From the NCBI GenBank assembly GCA_029862005.1, contig JAOTYD010000006.1:5758-69757 (forward strand): DNA of 64,000 nt. Reading direction: 5' to 3'. The notes beneath the pieces are model-generated. The model worked only from the letters and a program-made list of their open reading frames with translations, searched no databases and was not told the DNA's origin. Positions 49,547-58,014 of the stretch are shown one piece after another; within the stretch, counting starts at the first letter, position 1; every line of letters starts with the position of its first letter. The position numbers and the translations under genes were made by a program. Source of the DNA: Gammaproteobacteria bacterium (GTDB lineage: Bacteria > Pseudomonadota > Gammaproteobacteria > GCA-001735895).

Positions 49547-50086
49547 TCAATCCGGTACAGAAGATACCTCTTTTGATTCTCCTTTGAGGTTTCCGTTGGC
49601 CGGAACGGGGGTTGACTTGAACTGCAGGATGTCCTCCTCCGTAAACGCAGGTCCCAGAAGACGCTTGCCCAGTAAATACCGGGTCAGGTTTACAGGCGAA
49701 ACTTTGGCCGTAACGCTCTCTTCCGCATCATTGAGACCCGCGGTTACACCCAACTCGTAGGCGTTTATGCATCCCGGCTTATAGCTTTTCGTCAGTGGAT
49801 CTGCCAGCTCCGCCCCGTTTTCATAGATTTCCCACAATTTGCCGGGAGAGACCTTATCGCAGGTACCCCTCAGTAGTTTGAGCTGTAGCGTCATATCATT
49901 GCAGCCATGACGATTCAAGACACCCCAGAAAAAGGACTTGAGATAGCCCGAGGTGAAAGCGACTTCCTCGGATTTTTGAAATAACTTCCTGTGACTCGCC
50001 AAGGCATCCAGTATCTGGCGGTGAATCAGTACGCCAGTATTTCCGGCTGCTTTTTTATACCGCCGATTTTTCCCAAAACCAAACAT
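49547..50086 (-). CDS. Hypothetical protein
   Basis: A 179-aa ORF with a clean frame. No family is recognisable by eye. Confidence 0.4.
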   Translation of the reverse strand: MFGFGKNRRYKKAAGNTGVLIHRQILDALASHRKLFQKSEEVAFTSGYLKSFFWGVLNRHGCNDMTLQLKLLRGTCDKVSPGKLWEIYENGAELADPLTKSYKPGCINAYELGVTAGLNDAEESVTAKVSPVNLTRYLLGKRLLGPAFTEEDILQFKSTPVPANGNLKGESKEVSSVPD

Positions 50087-50326
50087 AGTCCCCCTGCTGA
50101 AATGGTATTCCTGTTATCACTGACACGCGACAGATTACCATAACAAGCGGCCGGTATAACCACTTGTGCAATATTTCATATTCCGATGTTAATCCGCTGG
50201 CAAGCGGTTATCGGTAAGTGAGGAGTGCGATCAATTTTGTCGATACCGCAAAAGTCGCGTAAAACCGCGATTATTGACGAAAGCCACCGCAGCCCTGGCG
50301 GGCCGCGGCGACTTACGAGAAAGGAG

Positions 50327-50836
50327 CTAAACCGCTGCTTCAGCTTTTTCCTTGTGCTCGAGCGTGGCGCCCGCGCTGCCGATTGCAATCGACTTCGGCT
50401 TCATAGCCTCGGGAACTTCCTTGACCAGGCTAATGGTCAACAGGCCGTTTTTAAGGTCGGCGCCGCTGACTTCAATGTGGTCGGCAAGATTGAACTTGCG
50501 CTCGAAGCTGCGGTTTGCGATGCCGCGATACAGGTATTCCCTGTCTTTGCTATCGTCGGCTTTTTTGCCCCGTACACGCAATTCGCCTTTTTCGACCTGG
50601 ATATCGAGCTCGCTTTCTTCGAAGCCCGCAACCGCGATGGTAATCGCGTAGCGATCCTCTCCGGTAGCCTCGATATCGTAAGGCGGGAAACCGACCGTGG
50701 CTTTTTGACTGCGCAACGCGCTATCCAGTAGTGAACCCATACGGTCGAAACCGATGCTACTGCGGTACAGGGGGGATAAATCGATAGTTGTCATAACAAA
50801 TTCTCCTAAAGAAGCAATTGATAAACGTGCCGCCAT
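50327..50836 (-). CDS. Small heat-shock protein of the Hsp20/IbpA family
   Basis: A 169-aa protein with an alpha-crystallin domain (DIEATGEDRYAITIAVAGF…LRVRG). Confidence 0.88.
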   Translation of the reverse strand: MAARLSIASLGEFVMTTIDLSPLYRSSIGFDRMGSLLDSALRSQKATVGFPPYDIEATGEDRYAITIAVAGFEESELDIQVEKGELRVRGKKADDSKDREYLYRGIANRSFERKFNLADHIEVSGADLKNGLLTISLVKEVPEAMKPKSIAIGSAGATLEHKEKAEAAV

Positions 50837-50916
50837 TCTCTTAGAGACCTGGCGATCACGGACACTATCTGGGAATTTTTACTGTGATTTCAAGAACCGG
50901 CCGGGAATTTTTTTAC

Positions 50917-53900
50917 CTATCCCTGCTTTTCAAGCCACTTGACCAGGTGGGAAAATGGTAACGGACGCGAAACGATGAATCCCTGCACCTGATCGCAGCC
51001 AATCTCGGCGACAAGGTCCCAGTCCTGCTGGTCCTCAACACCCTCGGCGACCACCTTCATATTGAGCTTTTTTGCCAGCAGTACGCTTGACTCGAGAATC
51101 GCACGCGCCGAGGCTTCCTGCGCTGCGCCATGCACGAATGCTCGATCAATTTTAAACTCGGTAAACGGGATGCGTTGCAGCTGCTCCATCGATGAATAAC
51201 CCGTGCCAAAATCGTCGATCGACAGGTTAAACCGTTTCAGCGACAGTCGGCTCAGGATATCGAGCGCGACCGACAGATGCTCCATCAAGCGGCTCTCGGT
51301 GATTTCGAAGGAAATGCTCGAGGCCTCCAGACCGGATGTTTCCAGCATTGTTGAAACCCGGTCCGGCCATTCGAGGTCGGTCAGTGAATCGACCGACAGG
51401 TTGATCGCAATGTTGAGATTGTAACCCAGCGATTTCAATTCTGCTGCATACTCCAGCACCTTGACCAGGACAACATCGGTCAATTCCTTTATCAGCCCGT
51501 TTTCTTCGGCCATGGTGATGAAAGCGTTGGGCTTGATCAATCCCTTGATCGGATGATTCCAGCGAACCAGTGCCTCAACACCGACAACCTGGCCGGATTT
51601 GATATCGACCTTGGGTTGGAAATAGGTGTCCAGTTGATCGTTAGTAATCGCATTTTCCAGCTCCATCAGTGGAGCGGGTCCGACCAGCATCATCGTGCCT
51701 TCCTGGCGAATCTGGTCGAGCGAATCAAGCAGTTCGCTTAGCTTGGCAGGCGCTGCCGGTTTTTCCAGTACGCCGAGCACATGCAAATCGTGTTCGATGG
51801 CAAGCTTCTCCACCGTCTTCAGGATACGCAAATCTTCACCACTGGTTAAAATCAGCGAACCCGAGAATTTCCTTTTAGCCAGGTGACGAATGAACTCAAC
51901 GCCATCCATTTCCGGCATGTTCAGATCGCATATCACAACATCGACACCGTCGCCCTTCTGCTCCAGGATCTCCTGTGCGGCCGGGCCTGACATCGCATTC
52001 AGTACCCCTGAAATACCCAGATCATTCAGCATTACCGTCATCACCCGGTGCATGATGTAGTCATCATCTACCAGCAGCAACTTGATACTGAACTGGGTGA
52101 CATCTTCATCTTCAGCAGGCAGCTGCGGGCTGAATTCAGGTTCCACAACCGGTGCCGGGCTCTCAGCTATCGGTTCATCCAGATATTCTTCAATAAAGGC
52201 TGTCGCCTCTGCGGCATGCTGACGCAATGGAGGAATCATATTTTCGATCTGCGGCCAGGCCTCATCGGTCGCCTTTGATTCCAGCTGCTGGCAGGCATGT
52301 GCCATGGCCATTGCGCCGAGGCTGCGTGACGATGATTTCAACTTGTGCGCGTATTCGGCTACCTGTTCGCTGTTCTTCCAGGCAAAGGCCTGCTGAATGT
52401 TTTCAACCTCGTTTACAAGCGCCTTATTATAGGATTGCAGCAGGCGCCTGTGCAGGTCGGGTTTATTCCCGGTGGATTGCACCAGTACGCTCAGATCGAT
52501 TGCCTCGTCTACCCGCAAGTCAATAGAATCCTGGCCATTCCCCACGTCTTCCACGATCACATTGTCCGGCGCCCACTTATCAAGTACGTTGCGTAGATCA
52601 TCGAGTTCCACCGGCTTGGGAATAACGTCATCCACCCCGACCGCGAAACATTTTTCGACATCCGCTTCCAGTGCATTGGCAGTAATCGCGATGACCGGCG
52701 CCCGCAAACCCTGGTCATTTTCCTGCTGCCGGATTTCCTGCACCAGTTCGTAGCCGTTCATTTCCGGCATGCGCATATCGGTTAACAACAGGTCGTAGTG
52801 ACCCTGTTGCCAGAGTTCAAGTGCCAGTGCACCGTTAGCGACATAGTCAGCGCGATAACCCAGAATATTCAATTGTGCCGCCATCAACTCCTGGTTAATC
52901 AGGTTATCCTCGGCAACAAGTATGCGCGACCTGTCACCTTTGGATTGATCGTCTTGCGATTTAGCTGACTCCGGAAAATCAACCACGCTGCCGATGGGCG
53001 TTGACGGTGCCTGGTCAAGCGTTACCCAGAAAGTGCTGCCCTCGCCCGGTTTACTGTTGATCTCAAGTTCGCCCTTCATCAGATCCACCAGCTGCCTGGT
53101 AATCACGAGCCCGATACCGGAACCTTCAACACCGCTGAACTCCGCGCCCAGACGATTGAAAGGCTGGAACAGCTCCTTGAGTTTTCTGGGAGAGATGCCT
53201 ACTCCGGTATCGCGAATACCGATTCGTAATGATTTGTCCTTTCCGAATTCGGAAACAACACTGACGGTACCTTTCTCACCGTTATACTTGATCGCATTCG
53301 TCAACAGATTCAGAAATACCTGCTTGAGCCGAATCGAGTCAGCAAAGACGTTTATGCGCTCAAATTGCGTCGCGTCGAATTCCATGCGTATATTGCGCTC
53401 GTATGCGAGCGGCTCAACCCAGTGAACGCTATCGCTTAAAACCTGAAACAGCGATACCGGCTCCAGCGTTATATCGCTTTCACCTGCTTCGATGCGTGAT
53501 AGGTCAAGTATCTGGTCGATCAACGACATCAGGTGTTTACCGGCGCGATTTATTTCGTTGGCGTTGGCGAGATGTTGCTCATTCAGGCCACGGTCATATT
53601 CAAACAACTGTGAAAATCCGAGAATCGCGTTCAACGGGGTGCGCAGCTCGTGACTCATGCTGGACAGAAACTCGGACTTCGCCTGGTTGGCCTGCTCCGC
53701 CTGAAGCTTGGCCTCGATTAATCGTGCTTCGGCCTCTTTACGATTGGTAATATTTTCGTGGATCGTGATGACGCGCTCCCAGGTATCTTCGTAACCTCGC
53801 ACCAGGGTTACAATGGAACGGGTTTCGAAATAAGACCCGTCGAGACGCGAGTCGACCCGTTCCGCACTGTAAAGCTTTTCGTCACTGGCAAGCGCAGCGA

Positions 53901-54717
53901 TTTCCTTTGCGTAGTACTCCACCCACTGCGCATCCCACCAGTCGTCAACATCTGCTTCGCCAGCCAGGAACTCCTCTTTCGAGTCGGCCTCATGCATCCG
54001 TAACAATGCCTCGTTAACATCGGTAATACGTGTCTGCTCAACCAGTTCCTTCAGGAGTCTTGGATTTTTATAAAAGTACTCTTCGAGGTTTTCGATCCCC
54101 TGGAAGCGGAGCTTGTCGACTACAGTCTTGATTTCCGAATAGTCTTCTTCCTGAACGCCCAGCGGCATATGGGTAAATAACGAGCTGAATCGTTCTTCGC
54201 TCTTTTTCAGTGCCTGAATCGCCGTTTCCGATTCAGAAACATCCTGAACCATGCCAAAGCTTGACTCCAGTTTGCCCTTGTCATCGAACACGCCCTGCTG
54301 GTATTCACGCAAGTGTCGAGTCTCTCCCTTTTTGGTGACAACCCGGTAATCGAACACATGACACTTGCCGGGCTGCAGCAGTTCTGCAGAATTGAGATTC
54401 TCGAGATAATGCGCCTTGTCTTCAGGATGGATAATCGATTGGATCTGTTCCGGATTACGGTAAAGCTTTTTAAGTTCGCCCTGATTGATACCTAGAACAT
54501 CGGCCATTTCGGCGGAGTAACTAATGGGTTTGTTGGCTTTTTCGTCCCATTCCCAGATGCCGAGGTTGAGCATCTTTGACAGTTCCTGGCTTCGTAAATC
54601 GCGGGATTCGATCTGTGCCCGGGCCTCATCCAGCTGTGCCTGCAACTCGGCAATCTCGTCACGTAAGGACTGCTCGGTTGAACTGGCTTTGGTGGTTTTT
54701 TTGGTTTTTGCTGTCAA
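50917..54717 (-). CDS. Cytoplasmic hybrid sensor histidine kinase with a C-terminal EAL phosphodiesterase domain (PAS-PAS-HisKA-HATPase-REC-Hpt-REC-EAL)
   Basis: A 1266-aa protein. The H-box is SHELRTPLNAILGF, the G-box is GSGIGL, and the Hpt motif is HKLKSSS. There are two REC domains (LLTDMRMPEMNGYEL; VICDLNMPEMDGVEF). The EAL domain reads EALVRWNHP…DDFGTGYSS. No transmembrane segment is present. Confidence 0.85.
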   Translation of the reverse strand: MTAKTKKTTKASSTEQSLRDEIAELQAQLDEARAQIESRDLRSQELSKMLNLGIWEWDEKANKPISYSAEMADVLGINQGELKKLYRNPEQIQSIIHPEDKAHYLENLNSAELLQPGKCHVFDYRVVTKKGETRHLREYQQGVFDDKGKLESSFGMVQDVSESETAIQALKKSEERFSSLFTHMPLGVQEEDYSEIKTVVDKLRFQGIENLEEYFYKNPRLLKELVEQTRITDVNEALLRMHEADSKEEFLAGEADVDDWWDAQWVEYYAKEIAALASDEKLYSAERVDSRLDGSYFETRSIVTLVRGYEDTWERVITIHENITNRKEAEARLIEAKLQAEQANQAKSEFLSSMSHELRTPLNAILGFSQLFEYDRGLNEQHLANANEINRAGKHLMSLIDQILDLSRIEAGESDITLEPVSLFQVLSDSVHWVEPLAYERNIRMEFDATQFERINVFADSIRLKQVFLNLLTNAIKYNGEKGTVSVVSEFGKDKSLRIGIRDTGVGISPRKLKELFQPFNRLGAEFSGVEGSGIGLVITRQLVDLMKGELEINSKPGEGSTFWVTLDQAPSTPIGSVVDFPESAKSQDDQSKGDRSRILVAEDNLINQELMAAQLNILGYRADYVANGALALELWQQGHYDLLLTDMRMPEMNGYELVQEIRQQENDQGLRAPVIAITANALEADVEKCFAVGVDDVIPKPVELDDLRNVLDKWAPDNVIVEDVGNGQDSIDLRVDEAIDLSVLVQSTGNKPDLHRRLLQSYNKALVNEVENIQQAFAWKNSEQVAEYAHKLKSSSRSLGAMAMAHACQQLESKATDEAWPQIENMIPPLRQHAAEATAFIEEYLDEPIAESPAPVVEPEFSPQLPAEDEDVTQFSIKLLLVDDDYIMHRVMTVMLNDLGISGVLNAMSGPAAQEILEQKGDGVDVVICDLNMPEMDGVEFIRHLAKRKFSGSLILTSGEDLRILKTVEKLAIEHDLHVLGVLEKPAAPAKLSELLDSLDQIRQEGTMMLVGPAPLMELENAITNDQLDTYFQPKVDIKSGQVVGVEALVRWNHPIKGLIKPNAFITMAEENGLIKELTDVVLVKVLEYAAELKSLGYNLNIAINLSVDSLTDLEWPDRVSTMLETSGLEASSISFEITESRLMEHLSVALDILSRLSLKRFNLSIDDFGTGYSSMEQLQRIPFTEFKIDRAFVHGAAQEASARAILESSVLLAKKLNMKVVAEGVEDQQDWDLVAEIGCDQVQGFIVSRPLPFSHLVKWLEKQG

Positions 54718-54971
54718 GGCATTGCTACAAAAGTTGCACAGCGCTAAGTATAGGTGTCAATTTGGCGGAAATCTTGAGCAAATTCCCGCATTTGTGACCT
54801 GTATCTCCAACCGGGAAATGGTAATTCTTATCGCAAATAAAGCGCGATTTCTATCGGTGGACCCTGATCCTTGCGCATGCTGATTTCGAGACAGGCTTTT
54901 CTTGACGCCTGGTTTCGTGTCTCGCAATTCAGGTTATAATCTGGCATCAATTAAACCTAGCGAGCACCAAC

Positions 54972-55547
54972 ATGGCAGAAACTCCGTCGACAATGCTGGA
55001 AATCGGCACCCAGGCACCCTCATTTTCACTGCTAGAACCCGCCACTGGCAACCAGGTGAGCCTTTCGGATTATTGCGACAAGCCGCTATTGGTGGTTTTC
55101 TCGTGTAACCACTGCCCTTACGTCCTGCACATCATCAAATCCTTCAGTGAATTTGCGAATGCGGCACAAAATCGGGGCCTTGGTGTTGTCATGATCAGCT
55201 CGAATGACGTCACTGGATACCCGGCCGACAGCCCGGAAAAAATGGTTGAGCTGGCACAACAACATGGATTCGAGTTCCCGTACCTGTATGACGAAACACA
55301 GCAGGTTGCGCAATCCTATCGGGCCGCCTGCACACCTGATTTCTTCTTATTTGATGCGTCGCACCGGCTGGTGTATCGGGGGCAATACGATGCATCGAGA
55401 CCTGGCAATGATGTTGCCGTCAGCGGTAGCGATATGAAAGTCGCTGTCGATGCGCTGTTTGCGAACAGACCACTGTCGCGGGAGCAGATTCCGAGCGTTG
55501 GTTGTAACATCAAGTGGCGTGCTGACAACGCACCCGATTACTTCTGA
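54972..55547 (+). CDS. Thioredoxin-fold (redoxin/AhpC-TSA-like) thiol-disulfide oxidoreductase
   Basis: A 191-aa protein with the CxxC-type motif FSCNHCPYV and a thioredoxin-like fold. Confidence 0.7.
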   Translation: MAETPSTMLEIGTQAPSFSLLEPATGNQVSLSDYCDKPLLVVFSCNHCPYVLHIIKSFSEFANAAQNRGLGVVMISSNDVTGYPADSPEKMVELAQQHGFEFPYLYDETQQVAQSYRAACTPDFFLFDASHRLVYRGQYDASRPGNDVAVSGSDMKVAVDALFANRPLSREQIPSVGCNIKWRADNAPDYF

Positions 55548-56167
55548 GCTTTAAGCGCCACGGAGTCGGCGTGATCGGCTTTCATCGCATCAACCTTGTC
55601 CATTACTTCCTGCAGGGTAAGCTGGTGATCCTTGCCGCCACCGAAGATTTCGCCAAATTCGGTTATCAAGTCGCTTAGTTTGTCATTTGCTACCGAGAGT
55701 TCGGTACGCAGTTCTTCATTTTCGCCCTGTAGTGTGGAGATCTCCTCGACCACCGCCTCGTCCTCCGATGCAACCTCGACTCGTGGCTGGAGGCATTTGT
55801 ATGCCTTTACTAAATTATCCAGGGCAGTATCCAGCGTGGTGATTTGTGCTCTTTTACCTCGGTATAAGCTCTCGATCAAATGTTTGAAAAAATCGGTTTC
55901 GTGTTTGTCAATATCGGACAGCGTGCTCCTCAACTCGTCGCCTTCAAGTTGATATACCGCCTGTAAATAAGATTCGGTTTGCTGTTTACGCAAGGAAGAA
56001 CGTCCCTTGATAGCTGCAGTAAGTTTCGCAATATCCCCGCGTTTACGCCGCCTGCGAACCAACGTTACCAGTAACCAGACCAGTAACAGTACCAACAACA
56101 GTACGAAACCTTCGACCAGCAGAATAAAATAAATAGCATTGACTTCAAGCATCGAATCACTCTTCAT
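55538..56167 (-). CDS. Membrane-anchored coiled-coil protein
   Basis: A 209-aa protein with an N-terminal transmembrane segment followed by a long coiled coil. Its start overlaps the stop of the upstream VWA gene, which suggests an operon. Confidence 0.5.
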   Translation of the reverse strand: MKSDSMLEVNAIYFILLVEGFVLLLVLLLVWLLVTLVRRRRKRGDIAKLTAAIKGRSSLRKQQTESYLQAVYQLEGDELRSTLSDIDKHETDFFKHLIESLYRGKRAQITTLDTALDNLVKAYKCLQPRVEVASEDEAVVEEISTLQGENEELRTELSVANDKLSDLITEFGEIFGGGKDHQLTLQEVMDKVDAMKADHADSVALKAQK

Positions 56168-57887
56168 CTAGAACCAGTGCAGGCGTGGCCTTACCCCTTT
56201 TCAGGAACCACCAGCCAACAATAAACAACAACAAAAGGAACAGGTTAACCCCAACGATGACCACACCGACGATTTTCCAGTCGATGTCTTCCGATGGCGT
56301 CAACGGTTCAGCGGGATCATCCCGGGCGGCACCGGTTTGTTCGGGTTCGGCAATGGGTGGCGCACGATAAACACCGAGCATCGAGAATGTCCCGAGATCA
56401 AGGTCCCTGATCTCGTTCGTCTGGGACTGTGCCGAAACCTTGACATGCGCACGATAGAGGCCGTCCTGATCGGTCTTCACTTCGGTATGCAACCATCCCG
56501 CCAAGGACTCAAGCGCAAGGCTGTTCTTTGAGCCGTCCGGTGCCTCGATGTCGACATCGGCCGTCAAACCATCCGGTTTCAGGTATTCTTCCCGAGCACG
56601 CAGCTTGAGTTCATAAATACCCGGTGCCTGTTGCGCTTCGATTTTGACCTCGACCGGCCACTGCACTTGCATATCGAAACGCTTGCTGCGGTTAAAGGTC
56701 TGACTATCGGCTGATATGATAAAACTGTGTGTGCCTTCGGCAAATTTACGATCGGATTGATAGAGGTACCGCCCCTTGTCCTTGCGCACTTTGGTGAGAA
56801 TCATCTGGTGGCTGGTCTCGTTGCCCTCAACATCGATGTGTGAAATCTCGAAATCAACAAAGCGCAGAAAGCTGTTGCGGCTGATTTTCTGATCACGATT
56901 AAACAACTCGGCTGTCACCTCCAGGGCTTCCCGGGGGGTAGCGTAGGCCGGCATACCACCAACCTGCAGTTTCAGATCCGTGACTACCATCAGTCGATTA
57001 TCCGGATCCATCTCGGCATCGATACGCCAGCTGCCAGCCTGTGGTTTTTTGACCGTTATCAATTCGTATCCCTGGTCGCTACGCCAGCGGGATCCACGCG
57101 GTTTCAGCGCGCTCAGTGCCGGGCTATCCGGGGGAATCAACAGTGTCGGCTCACTGGTATCGGTACGAAACAGCAACAGGGTCATTTCCCTGATACTGGA
57201 ATCAATCTGGAATTCCCTGCCTTTCAGCGCAACCGTATCCGGTTTGCTGGCGCGTTCAAACATCCTGAAAAAAACTTTTTGCAGTTCGGCTGCGCTTTGC
57301 GCTACCGCAAATGAACCCCCGGTTTCAAGGGCAAGTTGTTTCAGCAATACTTCGTCTGTACCGTGCGACAATGCGATTGCATGGACCTGCGCCTGTGCCT
57401 GCTTGAGCGCGGCCAGGCTCTTGCTCAGAACCCTGGCACGTGATGCCTGGTTCTTCGCGGCATCAGAAGAAACATCGACTTTACCGTCGGTTAACAACAA
57501 CAGGATGCGCTGGGTATTTGCGTCCGCCTTACCCCAGCCTACGCTGGCGCGTGCGAGTGCACTTTCGATATCGGTTAACAGCGCATTGGAGTGTATTTCA
57601 TCGGCGCCTGAATCGGCCAGACTGCGCCAGGCATCGTCCACCACACCCCACTTCACGCTCATATTAACGTAACGTCCGAAGGTCCAGACGCCGGCCCGTG
57701 ATCCGCTCGGTAACAGTCCGTTTATCAGTTTTAACGCCGGGACGCGCAAGTTCTGCGGATCGGTCTGCTTCATGCTTCCGGAAACATCGATTACGATCCG
57801 AAAGTCATAGCGGGCCTCTGCCGCTAATAACTGGTCCTGGGAAAGGACAGATATTAAAAGCATATATAGACAAATACGCTTGCGCAT
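56157..57887 (-). CDS. Secreted or membrane von Willebrand factor A (VWA) domain protein with a C-terminal transmembrane anchor
   Basis: A 576-aa protein with a signal peptide and the MIDAS motif DVSGSM…TDG. A C-terminal transmembrane segment reads IVGVVIVGVNLFLLLLFIVGWWF. Confidence 0.75.
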   Translation of the reverse strand: MRKRICLYMLLISVLSQDQLLAAEARYDFRIVIDVSGSMKQTDPQNLRVPALKLINGLLPSGSRAGVWTFGRYVNMSVKWGVVDDAWRSLADSGADEIHSNALLTDIESALARASVGWGKADANTQRILLLLTDGKVDVSSDAAKNQASRARVLSKSLAALKQAQAQVHAIALSHGTDEVLLKQLALETGGSFAVAQSAAELQKVFFRMFERASKPDTVALKGREFQIDSSIREMTLLLFRTDTSEPTLLIPPDSPALSALKPRGSRWRSDQGYELITVKKPQAGSWRIDAEMDPDNRLMVVTDLKLQVGGMPAYATPREALEVTAELFNRDQKISRNSFLRFVDFEISHIDVEGNETSHQMILTKVRKDKGRYLYQSDRKFAEGTHSFIISADSQTFNRSKRFDMQVQWPVEVKIEAQQAPGIYELKLRAREEYLKPDGLTADVDIEAPDGSKNSLALESLAGWLHTEVKTDQDGLYRAHVKVSAQSQTNEIRDLDLGTFSMLGVYRAPPIAEPEQTGAARDDPAEPLTPSEDIDWKIVGVVIVGVNLFLLLLFIVGWWFLKRGKATPALVLDEE

Positions 57888-58014
57888 TGGTATAAGAAAG
57901 AGTTATCTACATATGCTTTATCGGCCAATAACGGAACTTCTAAACATTAATTAGAGCCCCAACAGAATGCGCCACACAATATCAGACCATAACAAGACAA
58001 AAGATCGCGTTTAA

